In this document: in pieces, positions 37,729 through 47,984 of the stretch
Numbering within the stretch: the stretch's first letter is position 1
How the letters are laid out: every line of letters begins with the position of its first letter
Source of the DNA: an uncultured Acetobacteraceae bacterium
Lineage (GTDB): Bacteria > Pseudomonadota > Alphaproteobacteria > Acetobacterales > Acetobacteraceae
DNA length: 64,000 nt
Reading direction: 5' to 3'
Assembly: GCA_964427005.1 (NCBI GenBank)
Contig: CAYRTL010000007.1
Coordinates: forward strand, 23,202-87,201
Notes under the pieces: generated by a model
The model's database searches: none
What the model was told of the DNA's origin: nothing
What the model saw: the letters and a program-made list of their open reading frames with translations, nothing else
Position numbers and translations under genes: made by a program

Positions 37729-40700
37729 GCTCTGTCTCCGTCGTGTCAGGTCGAGGCGGCCGCGGACGGCGGAACCGCAAACGGCCGATCAACAGATAAA
37801 TGACCGGCGTTGTATAGAGCGTCAGCAGTTGCGACGCGAGCAGTCCGCCGACGACAGACACACCCAGGGGTTGCCGTAGCTCGAAACCGGGGCCGGTCCC
37901 GACGGCGAGCGGAACAGCACTGAGCACGGCAACCAGCGTGGTCATCACAATCGGCCGCACGCGTCTGCGCGCCGCAAGCACAATGGCATCGAAGGGTGCC
38001 AGCCCCTCTTCTCGCTCAGCCTGCAAGGCAAAATCGACCAGCATGATCGCGTTCTTCATGACCATGCCGACGAGCAGGATGCAGCCGATTGTCGTAATCA
38101 GGGTGAATTCGATCCCAACGATGCGCAGCGCCAATAGCGCGCCAAAGATCGCAGGCGGCAAGGTGGTCAGGATCGTAAACGGATGCGCATAGCTTTCGTA
38201 CAGGACACCTAGAACCACGTAGACCGCAAAGATCGCAGCAAGGAAGAGAAAGAGTTGCTGTGTGCCCGTCTTGGTTGCTTCGCCCGCCTCGCCGCGGAAT
38301 TCAGCACGGATATCGTCGGGCAGGTGAAGGTTGCGCTCCAGGCCGCGGATTGCGGTGATCGCCTGCCCGAGCGAAACACCAGGAACCGTATCGAACGAGA
38401 TGGTCACCGCAGGGAATTGGCCGCTGTGGACCATCCACATGGTGCCATGGCTCCGCCCCAGCCGTGTAAGCGCAGCCAGCGGCACTTGCCCGCCACCGGC
38501 GCCAGGTACGAACACCGTGTTCAGTGACGAAGGATCGGCCTGCATCGCAGGTCCGGCTTCCAGCACGACACGCGAATAGTTATGCGGCAGATAGATCGTG
38601 CGGATCTGCCGCTGACCGAATGCATCATACAAGGTATTGTCTATCGCCAGTGGCGTCACGCCCATGGCGGCAGCGCGGATACGGTCGATCTCCAGCCCGG
38701 CCTGCAGCCCGGCAAGCTCATTGCTGTTGATGACGTCGGTCAGCGTCCCTTTCAGCTCAAGCATTCCTCGTCGCATTCTGTCAGCCCACTGCGCGAGATA
38801 ATCCGGATCGCTGGCCGTGAGCGTGTACTGGTAACGCGAAGCACTGCTCTGGACTCCAAGCACCAGGTCCTGAATGGGCGTGAAGAAGACGCGGACGCCT
38901 TCGATCTTTGCCATGCGCTCGCGCAGGCGCACGATCACCTGCTGAACGGTCAGCTTGCGCTCGGACGGCGGCCTCAGCGCCACGAACATCTCACCATTGC
39001 TCAACACCGAACCATTATCCGTGCCGATGTATGAATTTAGCCCTTCCACCGCAGGATCCTGCAGGATGGCTTCCGATACCGTCCGCTGCAGCCCTGACAT
39101 GGCTGAGAAGGACACATTGGCGACGGTGACCGTCCGCACGTAAATCACACCAGTGTCCTGCGTCGGCATGAACCCTTTCGGCAGATTGAAGTACAGAAAT
39201 ACGCTGCCGGCCGTCACCGTCAGCGCGGCCGCCACAGTGAGGGCGCGATGCCGCAGGACCCAGCCGAGACTGCGCAGGTAGCCACGCAGCAATAAGGTGT
39301 CCCGCTGCGGCGCAGCCTCCCTTTGGCGGAGAAAGCGGCTGCACAGCATCGGCGTCAGGCTGAGCGACACCAGCGCGGAGGCTACAATGGCGGCGACAAC
39401 GGTGATGCCGAACTCGCGGAAATAGCGTCCGACGACGTCTGGCATGAACAAAACCGGTATCAGCGCCGCAATCAACGCAGCCGAGATCGCCAACACCGTG
39501 AAGCCGATCTGGCGAGCCCCGGCCACGGCTGCTTGCCGCGGACCGTCACCCCGCTCCATCAGGCGCATGATGTTCTCGATCATAATCACCGCATCATCCA
39601 CGACGAAGCCGATCGCGACGGTGACCGCCATGAGGGTGAGGTTGTCGAGGCTGTAGCCGAGGCGCTCCATCACCACGAGCGTTGCTGCCAAGCCGACAGG
39701 AATGGCCAGCGCCGGGATCACCGTCGCACTCAGGCGCTTCAGGAACAGACCGGCTACCAGCACGACCAGGCCGATGGCGATCAGGATGGTGAGCTGCACG
39801 TCCGCTATCGCGGCGCGGATCAGCCGGCTGCGGTCGATGATGGTGTGCACCTTGATCGCCGGTGGAATCCAGTGTTGCAGCCGCGGCAGCAGTTCCTTCA
39901 CGGCATCGACAGTCGCCACGATGTTGGCGTCGGGCTGCTTCAGGACACGGATGACGACACCAGGATCCTTGTTATACCAGCCGGCCAGGCGCGTATTGAT
40001 CACGCTGTCCGTCACATCGGCGATATCGCGCAGCAGCACTGGCGCACCGTTGCGCCAGGCCACCACCACGTCGCGGTACTCCGCCGCCATGAACAGCTGA
40101 TCATTGGCGCTGATGGTCCAGGAGTGGTCGTCGAATTTCAGCGTTCCCTTCGGTAGATTCACGGACGCGTTGCGCACGGCCGCCCGGATTTGCTCCAAGG
40201 AGACATGCATCGCGGCGATCTGCCCCGGATCGACCCGGATTCGAACAGCACCGCGTTCGGCACCACTGACGATGACCTGTGCCACGCCGGGGACCTGGGA
40301 TATCTGCTCCGCGACGACTGTATCGGCAATGTCGTAAACCTCGCTGGGATCGAGCACCTCAGACGTCAGAGACAACGCGATCACCGCCCAGTTGGATGGA
40401 TTGGCCTTCCAGTAGGTTGGTGGCTGAGGTAGGTCCTTGGGCAGATTTGGACCGGCGACATTGATTGCAGCCTGGATCGCACCCGCAGCCGCATCGATGT
40501 TCTTGTCCAATTGGAACTGCACGGTGAGTTGCGTTCCGCCGGTCGCGCTGAACGAGCGCATTTCCACGATCCCAGGGATCGTGCCCACCTGACGTTCCAG
40601 CGGCTGCGCTAGGGCCGATGCGATGGTATCGGCGCTGGCCCCCGGAAGACCGGCCCACACCGCGATCGTTGGGCGATCTACCGCCGGCATCGCGGCGATT

Positions 40701-40798
40701 GGCAGGCGAAGATAGGCGGCAATGCCGATGAGCAAAACGCCGACCGCGAGCAGTGTGGTGGCGACTGGCCGGCGGACCCAAAGGGCCGATACGTTCAT
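37649..40798 (-). CDS. mdtC: RND multidrug efflux permease (MdtC-like)
   Basis: About 1049 aa, 12-TM RND architecture. MNVSALWVRRPVATTLL... ATG at 40798 shares its A with the upstream stop (TGATG). The 3' end overlaps the STAS gene by 80 nt. Confidence 0.93.
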   Translation of the reverse strand: MNVSALWVRRPVATTLLAVGVLLIGIAAYLRLPIAAMPAVDRPTIAVWAGLPGASADTIASALAQPLERQVGTIPGIVEMRSFSATGGTQLTVQFQLDKNIDAAAGAIQAAINVAGPNLPKDLPQPPTYWKANPSNWAVIALSLTSEVLDPSEVYDIADTVVAEQISQVPGVAQVIVSGAERGAVRIRVDPGQIAAMHVSLEQIRAAVRNASVNLPKGTLKFDDHSWTISANDQLFMAAEYRDVVVAWRNGAPVLLRDIADVTDSVINTRLAGWYNKDPGVVIRVLKQPDANIVATVDAVKELLPRLQHWIPPAIKVHTIIDRSRLIRAAIADVQLTILIAIGLVVLVAGLFLKRLSATVIPALAIPVGLAATLVVMERLGYSLDNLTLMAVTVAIGFVVDDAVIMIENIMRLMERGDGPRQAAVAGARQIGFTVLAISAALIAALIPVLFMPDVVGRYFREFGITVVAAIVASALVSLSLTPMLCSRFLRQREAAPQRDTLLLRGYLRSLGWVLRHRALTVAAALTVTAGSVFLYFNLPKGFMPTQDTGVIYVRTVTVANVSFSAMSGLQRTVSEAILQDPAVEGLNSYIGTDNGSVLSNGEMFVALRPPSERKLTVQQVIVRLRERMAKIEGVRVFFTPIQDLVLGVQSSASRYQYTLTASDPDYLAQWADRMRRGMLELKGTLTDVINSNELAGLQAGLEIDRIRAAAMGVTPLAIDNTLYDAFGQRQIRTIYLPHNYSRVVLEAGPAMQADPSSLNTVFVPGAGGGQVPLAALTRLGRSHGTMWMVHSGQFPAVTISFDTVPGVSLGQAITAIRGLERNLHLPDDIRAEFRGEAGEATKTGTQQLFLFLAAIFAVYVVLGVLYESYAHPFTILTTLPPAIFGALLALRIVGIEFTLITTIGCILLVGMVMKNAIMLVDFALQAEREEGLAPFDAIVLAARRRVRPIVMTTLVAVLSAVPLAVGTGPGFELRQPLGVSVVGGLLASQLLTLYTTPVIYLLIGRLRFRRPRPPRPDTTETEHEDGCRANCSWRRRHSAGWKAGHRRG

Positions 40799-43700
40799 CA
40801 CGGGGCCGCTGTCGCGGGCACGCGACGGAAGCGTGCCAAGAGGTGCGCGAAACCGAGATAGATGACTGGTGTCGTGTACAGCGTCAGGAACTGGCTCAGC
40901 AGCAGACCGCCGACGATTGCAATGCCAAGGGGCCGGCGCAGCTCAGATCCCGTTCCGGTGCCCAATGCCAACGGCAGCGCACCCAGCAAGGCAGCCATCG
41001 TCGTCATCATGATCGGTCGGTAGCGGAGGCGACATGCCTGGCGGATCGACTCCTCAGGCGGGCGGCCCTCATTGCGTTCTGCGTCCAGCGCGAAGTCCAC
41101 CATCATGATGGCGTTCTTCTTCACGATGCCGATCAAAAGGACGATCCCAATCAGCGAAATCAGGTCCAGGCTCTCGCCGCACATCATCAACGCCAGCAAC
41201 GCTCCCACGCCGGCGGACGGAAGCGTGGACAGGATCGTGATCGGATGGATGAAACTCTCGTACAGCACTCCCAACACGATGTAGACTGTGATGATAGCCG
41301 CCAGGATCAGCAGCTTCTCGCTCGAAAGAGAGGCAGCGAACTCGGCGGCGGTACCAGCCAGGCTGGTAGCGATGGCATCGGGGAGGCCAATGCGGCGCTC
41401 CGTCCGATGCAATGCATCGACCGCCTGGCTCAGCGCCACGCCGGGCGGGAGGTTGAACGAGATGGTCGATGATGGAAACAACCCCTGATGCGTGATGACC
41501 AGCGGAGCCAATCGCCGCTCCACGCGTGCGAACGTGGAGAGCGGAATGGGCGCCGATGAGGCATGGAAGCCTGCACTGACGCCACTCGCGGCGTCATCAG
41601 TGCTCGGGGCAAGTGCGTTCGCCGCCGTGACGTAGATGCGATCAAGCACCGACGCGTCGGTGCGGAACGACTGACTGGCTTCCAGGATCACATGGTACTG
41701 CGTCAGCGGCGAGTACACCATTGCGATCTGCCGCTGGCCGAACGCATCGTACAAAGTATTGTCGATCACGCTCATGGTGACGCCGTAACGCGCAGCCGCA
41801 GCACGATCGACGTGGATCGCCATCTCCAGACCCTCATCCTGCTGATCGCTTGCGACATCAGCAAACGTGGGGTCCTGCCGCATCGTCTCGGCGAGGCGCT
41901 GCGTCCATGACCGCAACTCCAGCGGATCCAGGTCCTGCAGCACGTACTGGTACTGCGTCGGCGAGGGACGTGTTTCAATTGTGACTTCCTGCACCGGTTG
42001 CAGATGGAGCGCTATCCCCGATACGCCGCCCACCGCCGTCCGCAGCCGCTGCATCATGGTATCGACCGATCCACGCCGCTTATCCGGCGGACCGATATCG
42101 ATATAGAGGCGCCCTCGATTGAGAGTGGGATTCACGATCCCGGCGCCAACGAAGCTATCGACCGTCCGCACCGCCGGGTCGCGCGCGATGGCCTCCGCCA
42201 GCGCACGTTGCCGATCCGCCATGCCGGCGAAAGAGATGTCCTGCGCGGCTTCGGTCACGCCAACCAGCAGTCCGGTATCCTGCTGCGGCAAAAACCCTTT
42301 CGGAATCACTACGTGAAGCCAAATCGTCGCTACCAGCGTCAACGCCGTGCAGAACAGCGTCCAATTCCGGTGCCGCAGCACCCAATCCAGGCTCCGTAAA
42401 TACGCCTCACAGGTCGCATCGAACGCGCGCTCGCTCCAGCGGAACAAGGCATTGGGACGATGATCGGGTGGATCCTGATGCAGGAACTGCGCGCACATCA
42501 TCGCCGTCAGCGTCAGCGACAGCACGCCAGAGATGATCACCGCCAAGGACAGCGTGATAGCGAATTCACGGAACAGCCGTCCGACCACACCGCCCATGAG
42601 CAGCAGCGGGATGAACACTGCGATCAAGGACACGGTCAGCGACACGACGGTGAAGCCGATCTGCCGCGAGCCCTTCAACGCAGCAATGAGCGGCGGATCG
42701 CCTTGTTCAACGTAACGGGCGATGTTCTCGATCATCACGATCGCATCGTCCACCACAAACCCCGCGGCGATCGTCAATGCCATTAGCGAGAGGTTGTCGA
42801 GACTGTAGCCCAACAACGCCATGGCGCCGAACGTGGCCACAAGAGAGACGGGCAGCGCGACAGATGGGATCACGGTTGCCCACAGCTTGCGCAGGAACAC
42901 GAAGATCACCATCACGACCAGCGCGACCGTTAACAGGAGCGTGAACTGCACATCCGCAATTGCAGCGCGAATGGTCGTGGTGCGATCGGTAATGACCGAG
43001 ATCTTCAGCGCCGGCGGCAGGCTGGCGGCAAGCTTCGGCAGCAGCCCTCTCACCGCCTCCACGACACGAATCGTGTTGGCACCCGGCTGCCGCTGGATGT
43101 CCAGTATCACCGCTGGTGCACTGTTGTACCAGGCGGCGAGTTCGGCATTCTCGACGCTATCCACTGCCCGTCCGATGTCGCGCAGCAGCACCGGTGCACC
43201 GTTGCGATAGGCCACCACCGTGGCCTCGTAGACATCGGCAGTCAGCAACTGGTCGTTAGCGCCGATCTGGAATGCCTGGTGCACACCGTCGAGCTGCCCC
43301 TTGGGATTGTCGATCGTGCTGGAGGCAATGGCGCGTCGAACGTCCTCGAGGGAAAGCCCCAGCCCGGCGAGCTTGGCGATATCGGCCTGCAGCCGTACCG
43401 CACGTGTTTGTCCACCTTCCACCGTCACCGCGCCGACACCGCCGATCTGCGAGAGCTTCTGCACAATCGTCGTCTCGGCGTAGTCGTTGACCTCATGGAG
43501 TGGCAGCGTGTCCGAGGTCAGTGCCAGGATCAGCACTGGTACATCGGCTGGGTTGACCTCGTGATACACCGGCGGTCCAGGCAGCAATTGGATCGGAATC
43601 CATCCCGCTGCGGCGTCGATCGACGCCTGCACATCCTGCGCGGCCGCGTCGATGTTCCTGGAAAGGTCAAAGGTCAGCGTGATCTGGCTGATGCCATATG

Positions 43701-43947
43701 AGCTGATGGAATTCATGTTGGTCAGCCCGGAGATCTGACCGAAATGGTGCTCCAGCGGAGCAGTGATGGAGGTTTCCACCACGTTAGGCGAGGCACCCGG
43801 ATAAGCCGTGACAACCTGGATAGTCGGGAAATCGACGTCCGGCAGCGCGGCAACCGGCAGCACCCGGTAGCCCAGTAGCCCAAGCATCACTAACGCTATC
43901 GTCAGCAATGTTGTGGCGACTGGCCGCATGATGAACGGCGCGGACAT
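40798..43947 (-). CDS. mdtB: RND multidrug efflux permease (MdtB-like)
   Basis: About 1049 aa. MSAPFIMRPVATTLLTIALVMLG... is a typical AcrB/MdtB N-terminus. Immediately follows the MFP gene. Confidence 0.93.
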   Translation of the reverse strand: MSAPFIMRPVATTLLTIALVMLGLLGYRVLPVAALPDVDFPTIQVVTAYPGASPNVVETSITAPLEHHFGQISGLTNMNSISSYGISQITLTFDLSRNIDAAAQDVQASIDAAAGWIPIQLLPGPPVYHEVNPADVPVLILALTSDTLPLHEVNDYAETTIVQKLSQIGGVGAVTVEGGQTRAVRLQADIAKLAGLGLSLEDVRRAIASSTIDNPKGQLDGVHQAFQIGANDQLLTADVYEATVVAYRNGAPVLLRDIGRAVDSVENAELAAWYNSAPAVILDIQRQPGANTIRVVEAVRGLLPKLAASLPPALKISVITDRTTTIRAAIADVQFTLLLTVALVVMVIFVFLRKLWATVIPSVALPVSLVATFGAMALLGYSLDNLSLMALTIAAGFVVDDAIVMIENIARYVEQGDPPLIAALKGSRQIGFTVVSLTVSLIAVFIPLLLMGGVVGRLFREFAITLSLAVIISGVLSLTLTAMMCAQFLHQDPPDHRPNALFRWSERAFDATCEAYLRSLDWVLRHRNWTLFCTALTLVATIWLHVVIPKGFLPQQDTGLLVGVTEAAQDISFAGMADRQRALAEAIARDPAVRTVDSFVGAGIVNPTLNRGRLYIDIGPPDKRRGSVDTMMQRLRTAVGGVSGIALHLQPVQEVTIETRPSPTQYQYVLQDLDPLELRSWTQRLAETMRQDPTFADVASDQQDEGLEMAIHVDRAAAARYGVTMSVIDNTLYDAFGQRQIAMVYSPLTQYHVILEASQSFRTDASVLDRIYVTAANALAPSTDDAASGVSAGFHASSAPIPLSTFARVERRLAPLVITHQGLFPSSTISFNLPPGVALSQAVDALHRTERRIGLPDAIATSLAGTAAEFAASLSSEKLLILAAIITVYIVLGVLYESFIHPITILSTLPSAGVGALLALMMCGESLDLISLIGIVLLIGIVKKNAIMMVDFALDAERNEGRPPEESIRQACRLRYRPIMMTTMAALLGALPLALGTGTGSELRRPLGIAIVGGLLLSQFLTLYTTPVIYLGFAHLLARFRRVPATAAP

Positions 43948-43950
43948 CAC

Positions 43951-45150
43951 TCAGCCGCTGTGCTGACGGGGCGGTTCCTGCTCGCGTTTGATGACCTCGA
44001 CGGGGACACCGGCCTCGAGCCTGAACTGGCCGTCAACCACCACCTGCTCCCCGGGCCTTACGCCGCGCTCAACCAGCACGCGTCCGTCCATTGCCTGGCC
44101 AGCCATCACGGTCCGCAACTCGGCTTTCTGCTCCTGCGAGACCACCCACACGAAATCGCCTCGCGGACCATGACGCAGTCCGGCCGCGGGTACCGTGACG
44201 GCCGCCTTTCTTTCATCCACCACGATGCGCCCATTCACGAAATTGCCAGGCCAGAGATGCAGGTCCTTGTTCGGGAAGCTGGCCTTCAGCTTGATGGTGC
44301 CGGTGGACTGATCAACCTGGTTGTCCACCAGATCGATCGTGCCTTCGTCCAATCGGGTACGGTCATCCGCGGCGAATGCGATCACCGGTATGCGCGTCTG
44401 TCCCGGTGTCAACTTTCCTTGCGCCACGGAACTGGCCGCCAGCGTGAAGACCACTGAGATCGGCCGCAATTGCGTGATCACCACCATCGGCGTGTTATCG
44501 GAGGCATGTACGAAATTGCCCTGGTCGATCTGGCGGATACCGGCTCGCCCCTCGATGGGCGAGCGAATCATCGTGTAGCTGAGCTGTGTCGTCGCGAACT
44601 CGATCTGCGCCTGATCGCTATCTATCTGGGCGCGATACTGATCGACTTGTGCCCGCTGCTGATCCACCTGCTGGCGTGAGGCAAAGTTGCGCAGCGCCAG
44701 CTCCTCATAACGTTTCAGATCGAGCAGCGCACCCTGCAGCAGAGCCTCGTCCTTCGCGCGCGCCGCGCGCTGCTGCGCCAACTGTGCCTGGAACGGCCGT
44801 GGGTCGATGATGGCCAGCGGATCGCCAGCCTTCACGTCCTGCCCCTCCTGGAACAGCACCTGCATGATCTCGCCGTCCGCACGGCTCTTCACCGCCACCG
44901 TATTGTACGCCTGCACGGTACCAATGCCGGTCAAATAGATCTTCACTGGTTCTGAACGTGACACCCCGATCGACACCGGTATGGGCGTTGCGGCTGGTGG
45001 TGGTAATGGCGGGGCGCTCGCCATCACGCGCTCACGCAGCGCCGTGAGGTCCATCCTGGCATCCGTCAGGTACAACGCTGCCCCAACCGCCAGCACCGAG
45101 ACCGCGCAGGCGACACCGACCCGGACCACGAGTTGCCGTGACGGGATCAT
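43951..45150 (-). CDS. mdtA: RND efflux membrane-fusion (periplasmic adaptor) protein (MdtA-like)
   Basis: 399 aa. N-terminal TM/signal anchor, lipoyl-like and coiled-coil hairpin regions (AQLAQQRAARAKDEALLQGALLDLKRYEEL). First gene of the MFP-RND-RND operon. Confidence 0.9.
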   Translation of the reverse strand: MIPSRQLVVRVGVACAVSVLAVGAALYLTDARMDLTALRERVMASAPPLPPPAATPIPVSIGVSRSEPVKIYLTGIGTVQAYNTVAVKSRADGEIMQVLFQEGQDVKAGDPLAIIDPRPFQAQLAQQRAARAKDEALLQGALLDLKRYEELALRNFASRQQVDQQRAQVDQYRAQIDSDQAQIEFATTQLSYTMIRSPIEGRAGIRQIDQGNFVHASDNTPMVVITQLRPISVVFTLAASSVAQGKLTPGQTRIPVIAFAADDRTRLDEGTIDLVDNQVDQSTGTIKLKASFPNKDLHLWPGNFVNGRIVVDERKAAVTVPAAGLRHGPRGDFVWVVSQEQKAELRTVMAGQAMDGRVLVERGVRPGEQVVVDGQFRLEAGVPVEVIKREQEPPRQHSG

Positions 45151-45233
45151 GGGGGCGCACCCTATGGCCTCTGTGCTATCTCGCGCAATCGGGCCAAATG
45201 TAACAGTCCGTCACCGAGAGCAGGGAGGGACAG

Positions 45234-45668
45234 ATGGTACGCGTGGTGGGAATCGACCACCTGGTGATCAGAGTGAGCGACTACGAAAAGTCCAAAGCCT
45301 TCTATGGCCGGCTGTTCGACTTCCTCGGTTTCGAGATTTCCGAGGAATACGACGATGCCATCGGCTGGACCAACGGCAAGACACGTTTCTGGATCGGGCC
45401 CGCCGATGAGCAAGGCCGCAAGCACAGATACCGCATCGGCGACGTGGGGTTTCATCACTACGCATTCCAACTGCGCAGTCGCAAGGATGTCGATGCGCTG
45501 CAAGCGTTCCTGCAGGAACTCGGCGCGGAAATCGTGGATCCGGCGGGCGAGTACTATGACGATTACTACGCGGTGTTCTTTCTGGATCCTGACGGTCTCA
45601 AGCTGGAGGGAATGAAGTATGGTGAACGCCATGCCCACGAGGCACGCAAGAAAGCGAAGGGACGATGA
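45234..45668 (+). CDS. VOC/glyoxalase-family protein
   Basis: 144 aa. IDHLVIRVSDYEKSKAFYGRLF...HHYAFQLRS...VFFLDPDGLKLE is the beta-alpha-beta-beta-beta VOC pattern. Confidence 0.85.
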   Translation: MVRVVGIDHLVIRVSDYEKSKAFYGRLFDFLGFEISEEYDDAIGWTNGKTRFWIGPADEQGRKHRYRIGDVGFHHYAFQLRSRKDVDALQAFLQELGAEIVDPAGEYYDDYYAVFFLDPDGLKLEGMKYGERHAHEARKKAKGR

Positions 45669-46981
45669 CCGCCACTCCAAAGGAGACTATCTACACGCGC
45701 CTGCCTATCTTCTATGGCTGGGTCGTGGTTGCTGTCGTCTTTGTCACGATGGGTATTGCGGTCAATGCGCGCACCGCATTTTCCTTGCTGTTTCCACCGA
45801 TCCTCGATGAGTTCGGCTGGGAACGCGGCACGACAGCCGGCGCATTTTCCTTCGGCTTCATTATCTCCGCCATCATGAGTCCCTCGCTGGGCAAGCTGAT
45901 GGACCGGCGCGGACCGCGCGTCGTGAACGAACTTGGCGTGGTGCTGATCGGATCGGGAATGCTTCTGGCGACCTTGGTGCATGAGCCATGGCATCTTTAT
46001 GCGACGCTCGGAATGCTTGTCGGCGGTGGCAGCGTGTGCCTGGGCTACACGGGACAGGGCCTCTTCCTGCCGAATTGGTTTGTCCGTCGCCGAGGTCTGG
46101 CGATGAGCCTCGCGTTTTCAGGTGTCGGAGTAGGCTCGGTCATCGTGCTGCCTTGGATGCAAACACTTATCGGCAGCACGGGATGGCGCAGCGCATGTAT
46201 GGCTCTCGGAATTGTCGTGCTTGTATTGCTGCTGCCGCTCAATCTGCTGGTGAGGCGAAAGCCGGAGGATATTGGCCTGGAACCGGATGGCGACCGCTCG
46301 TCCCATCTTTCCCGCGCGAGCAGCCACGCGGTAAACGTAGTTGATCATGCCTGGGTCGCGATCGACTGGACGCTATATCGCGCGATCCGCACCAGCCGCT
46401 TCTGGTGGATCGCTGTCGGATATTTCTGCGCGCTGTTCGCCTGGTACTCGGTGCAGGTGCACCAGACGAAGTATCTGGTGGAAGTCGGGTTTACTCCGGC
46501 CACCGCTGCCTGGGCACTCGGCACGGTCAGCCTTGCCGGTATCCCGGGACAGATTGCACTTGGCCATTTGTCAGATCGAATCGGGCGCGAATTCGTATGG
46601 GCGATCGGAAGCCTCGGCTTCACCGTAACGTTTCTTCTGCTGCTGGTACTCCGAGACACACCTGTGCCTGCCCTGCTTTACTTGATGATCGCCGCCCAAG
46701 GTGTGCTGGGCTACGGCATCACCTCGGTGATCGGCGCCATTCCAGCCGAGATATTCCAGGGCCGCCATTACGGGACGATCTTCGGCACGCTGATGCTGGC
46801 ATCCATCGGCGGTGGCGCTGTCGGACCATGGCTGACGGGCACGCTGCATGACTCAACCGGCAACTACACGCTCGCTTTCTGGATTGCGATCTGCTGCAGC
46901 CTGGTGTCGGCGGTTGCTGTCTGGTTGGCCGCGCCGCGCAAGGTCCGTACGGTTGCTGGACGCGTGGCGCGGCCTGGGTGA
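45665..46981 (+). CDS. MFS transporter (OFA-like)
   Basis: 438 aa. The start overlaps the VOC stop (ATGA). 12 hydrophobic segments. N-terminus paralogous to the 19560 MFS (YGWVVVAVVFVTMGIAVNARTAFSLLFPPILDEFGW). Confidence 0.9.
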   Translation: MTATPKETIYTRLPIFYGWVVVAVVFVTMGIAVNARTAFSLLFPPILDEFGWERGTTAGAFSFGFIISAIMSPSLGKLMDRRGPRVVNELGVVLIGSGMLLATLVHEPWHLYATLGMLVGGGSVCLGYTGQGLFLPNWFVRRRGLAMSLAFSGVGVGSVIVLPWMQTLIGSTGWRSACMALGIVVLVLLLPLNLLVRRKPEDIGLEPDGDRSSHLSRASSHAVNVVDHAWVAIDWTLYRAIRTSRFWWIAVGYFCALFAWYSVQVHQTKYLVEVGFTPATAAWALGTVSLAGIPGQIALGHLSDRIGREFVWAIGSLGFTVTFLLLLVLRDTPVPALLYLMIAAQGVLGYGITSVIGAIPAEIFQGRHYGTIFGTLMLASIGGGAVGPWLTGTLHDSTGNYTLAFWIAICCSLVSAVAVWLAAPRKVRTVAGRVARPG

Positions 46982-46992
46982 CTGAAGGTAGA

Positions 46993-47922
46993 TCAGAACC
47001 CGACGCGATCGCCGCCTTTCAGTTTAAGGATTTCGCGCGCTTCCTTGGGGGTCGCTATCTCCAGGCTCAGCTCCTCCAGGATGCGGCGGATCTTAGACAC
47101 CTGCTCGGCATTCGATTTCGCCAGTTGCCCACGACCGATGTACAGGCTGTCTTCCAGGCCGACGCGCACATTGCCACCGAGAATGCCAGCCATCGTGGTG
47201 AAAGCCATCTGGTGCCTTCCCGCCGCCAGCACGGACCACACGTAAGCATCGCCGAACAACTTGTCCGCTGCCTCCTTCATGAACAGCAGATTGCGAGGAT
47301 CGGCGCCGATGCCGCCGAGAATGCCGAAGATGGTCTGCACGAACAGCGGAGGCTCGACGATTTTCTGATCGAGGCAATAGGCCAGATTGTATAGATGCCC
47401 GACATCGTAGCACTCGAATTCGAACCGTGTGCCGTGCGCCTTGCCCAAACGCTCGACGATACCAGCGATGTCGCGGAACGTATTGCGGAAAATATGATCG
47501 TCGGTGCGATCGAGATACGGCTTCTCCCAATCGTATTTCCACGTCTTTACCCGATCGCCGGCGCGCGAGATGTTGAAGTTCATGCTGCCCATATTGAGGC
47601 TGCACATTTCCGGCTTCGCTTGCAGCGGGGCAGCGAGCCGATCATCGAGCGTCATGTTGAGACCGCCACCCGTGGTGATGTTCACCACTGCATCGACATT
47701 CTGCTTGATCACCGGCAGAAAGCGCATGAAGACCGCCGGGTCCGGCGTAGGTGCGCCCGTCTCCGGATCGCGCGCGTGCAGATGGATGATCGCCGCACCC
47801 GCCTCTGCTGCCTCTATGGACGAACGCGCAATCTCCTCAGGCGTTATCGGCAGGTAGTCCGACATGCTGGGCGTGTGAATCGCGCCGGTAACGGCACAAC
47901 TGATGATCACCTTGCTGGGCAT
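46993..47922 (-). CDS. BKACE-family (3-keto-5-aminohexanoate cleavage enzyme-like, DUF849) protein
   Basis: 309 aa. VIISCAVTGAIHTPSMSDYLPITPEEIA...AGAAIIHLHARDPETG...NITTGG is the TIM-barrel BKACE signature, including Zn ligands. Confidence 0.88.
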   Translation of the reverse strand: MPSKVIISCAVTGAIHTPSMSDYLPITPEEIARSSIEAAEAGAAIIHLHARDPETGAPTPDPAVFMRFLPVIKQNVDAVVNITTGGGLNMTLDDRLAAPLQAKPEMCSLNMGSMNFNISRAGDRVKTWKYDWEKPYLDRTDDHIFRNTFRDIAGIVERLGKAHGTRFEFECYDVGHLYNLAYCLDQKIVEPPLFVQTIFGILGGIGADPRNLLFMKEAADKLFGDAYVWSVLAAGRHQMAFTTMAGILGGNVRVGLEDSLYIGRGQLAKSNAEQVSKIRRILEELSLEIATPKEAREILKLKGGDRVGF

Positions 47923-47984
47923 GGTTTCCTCCCGATCCGCTCAGATGGGCCAATCTGCACCGCTGGGATGCAGGAGACCAGAGG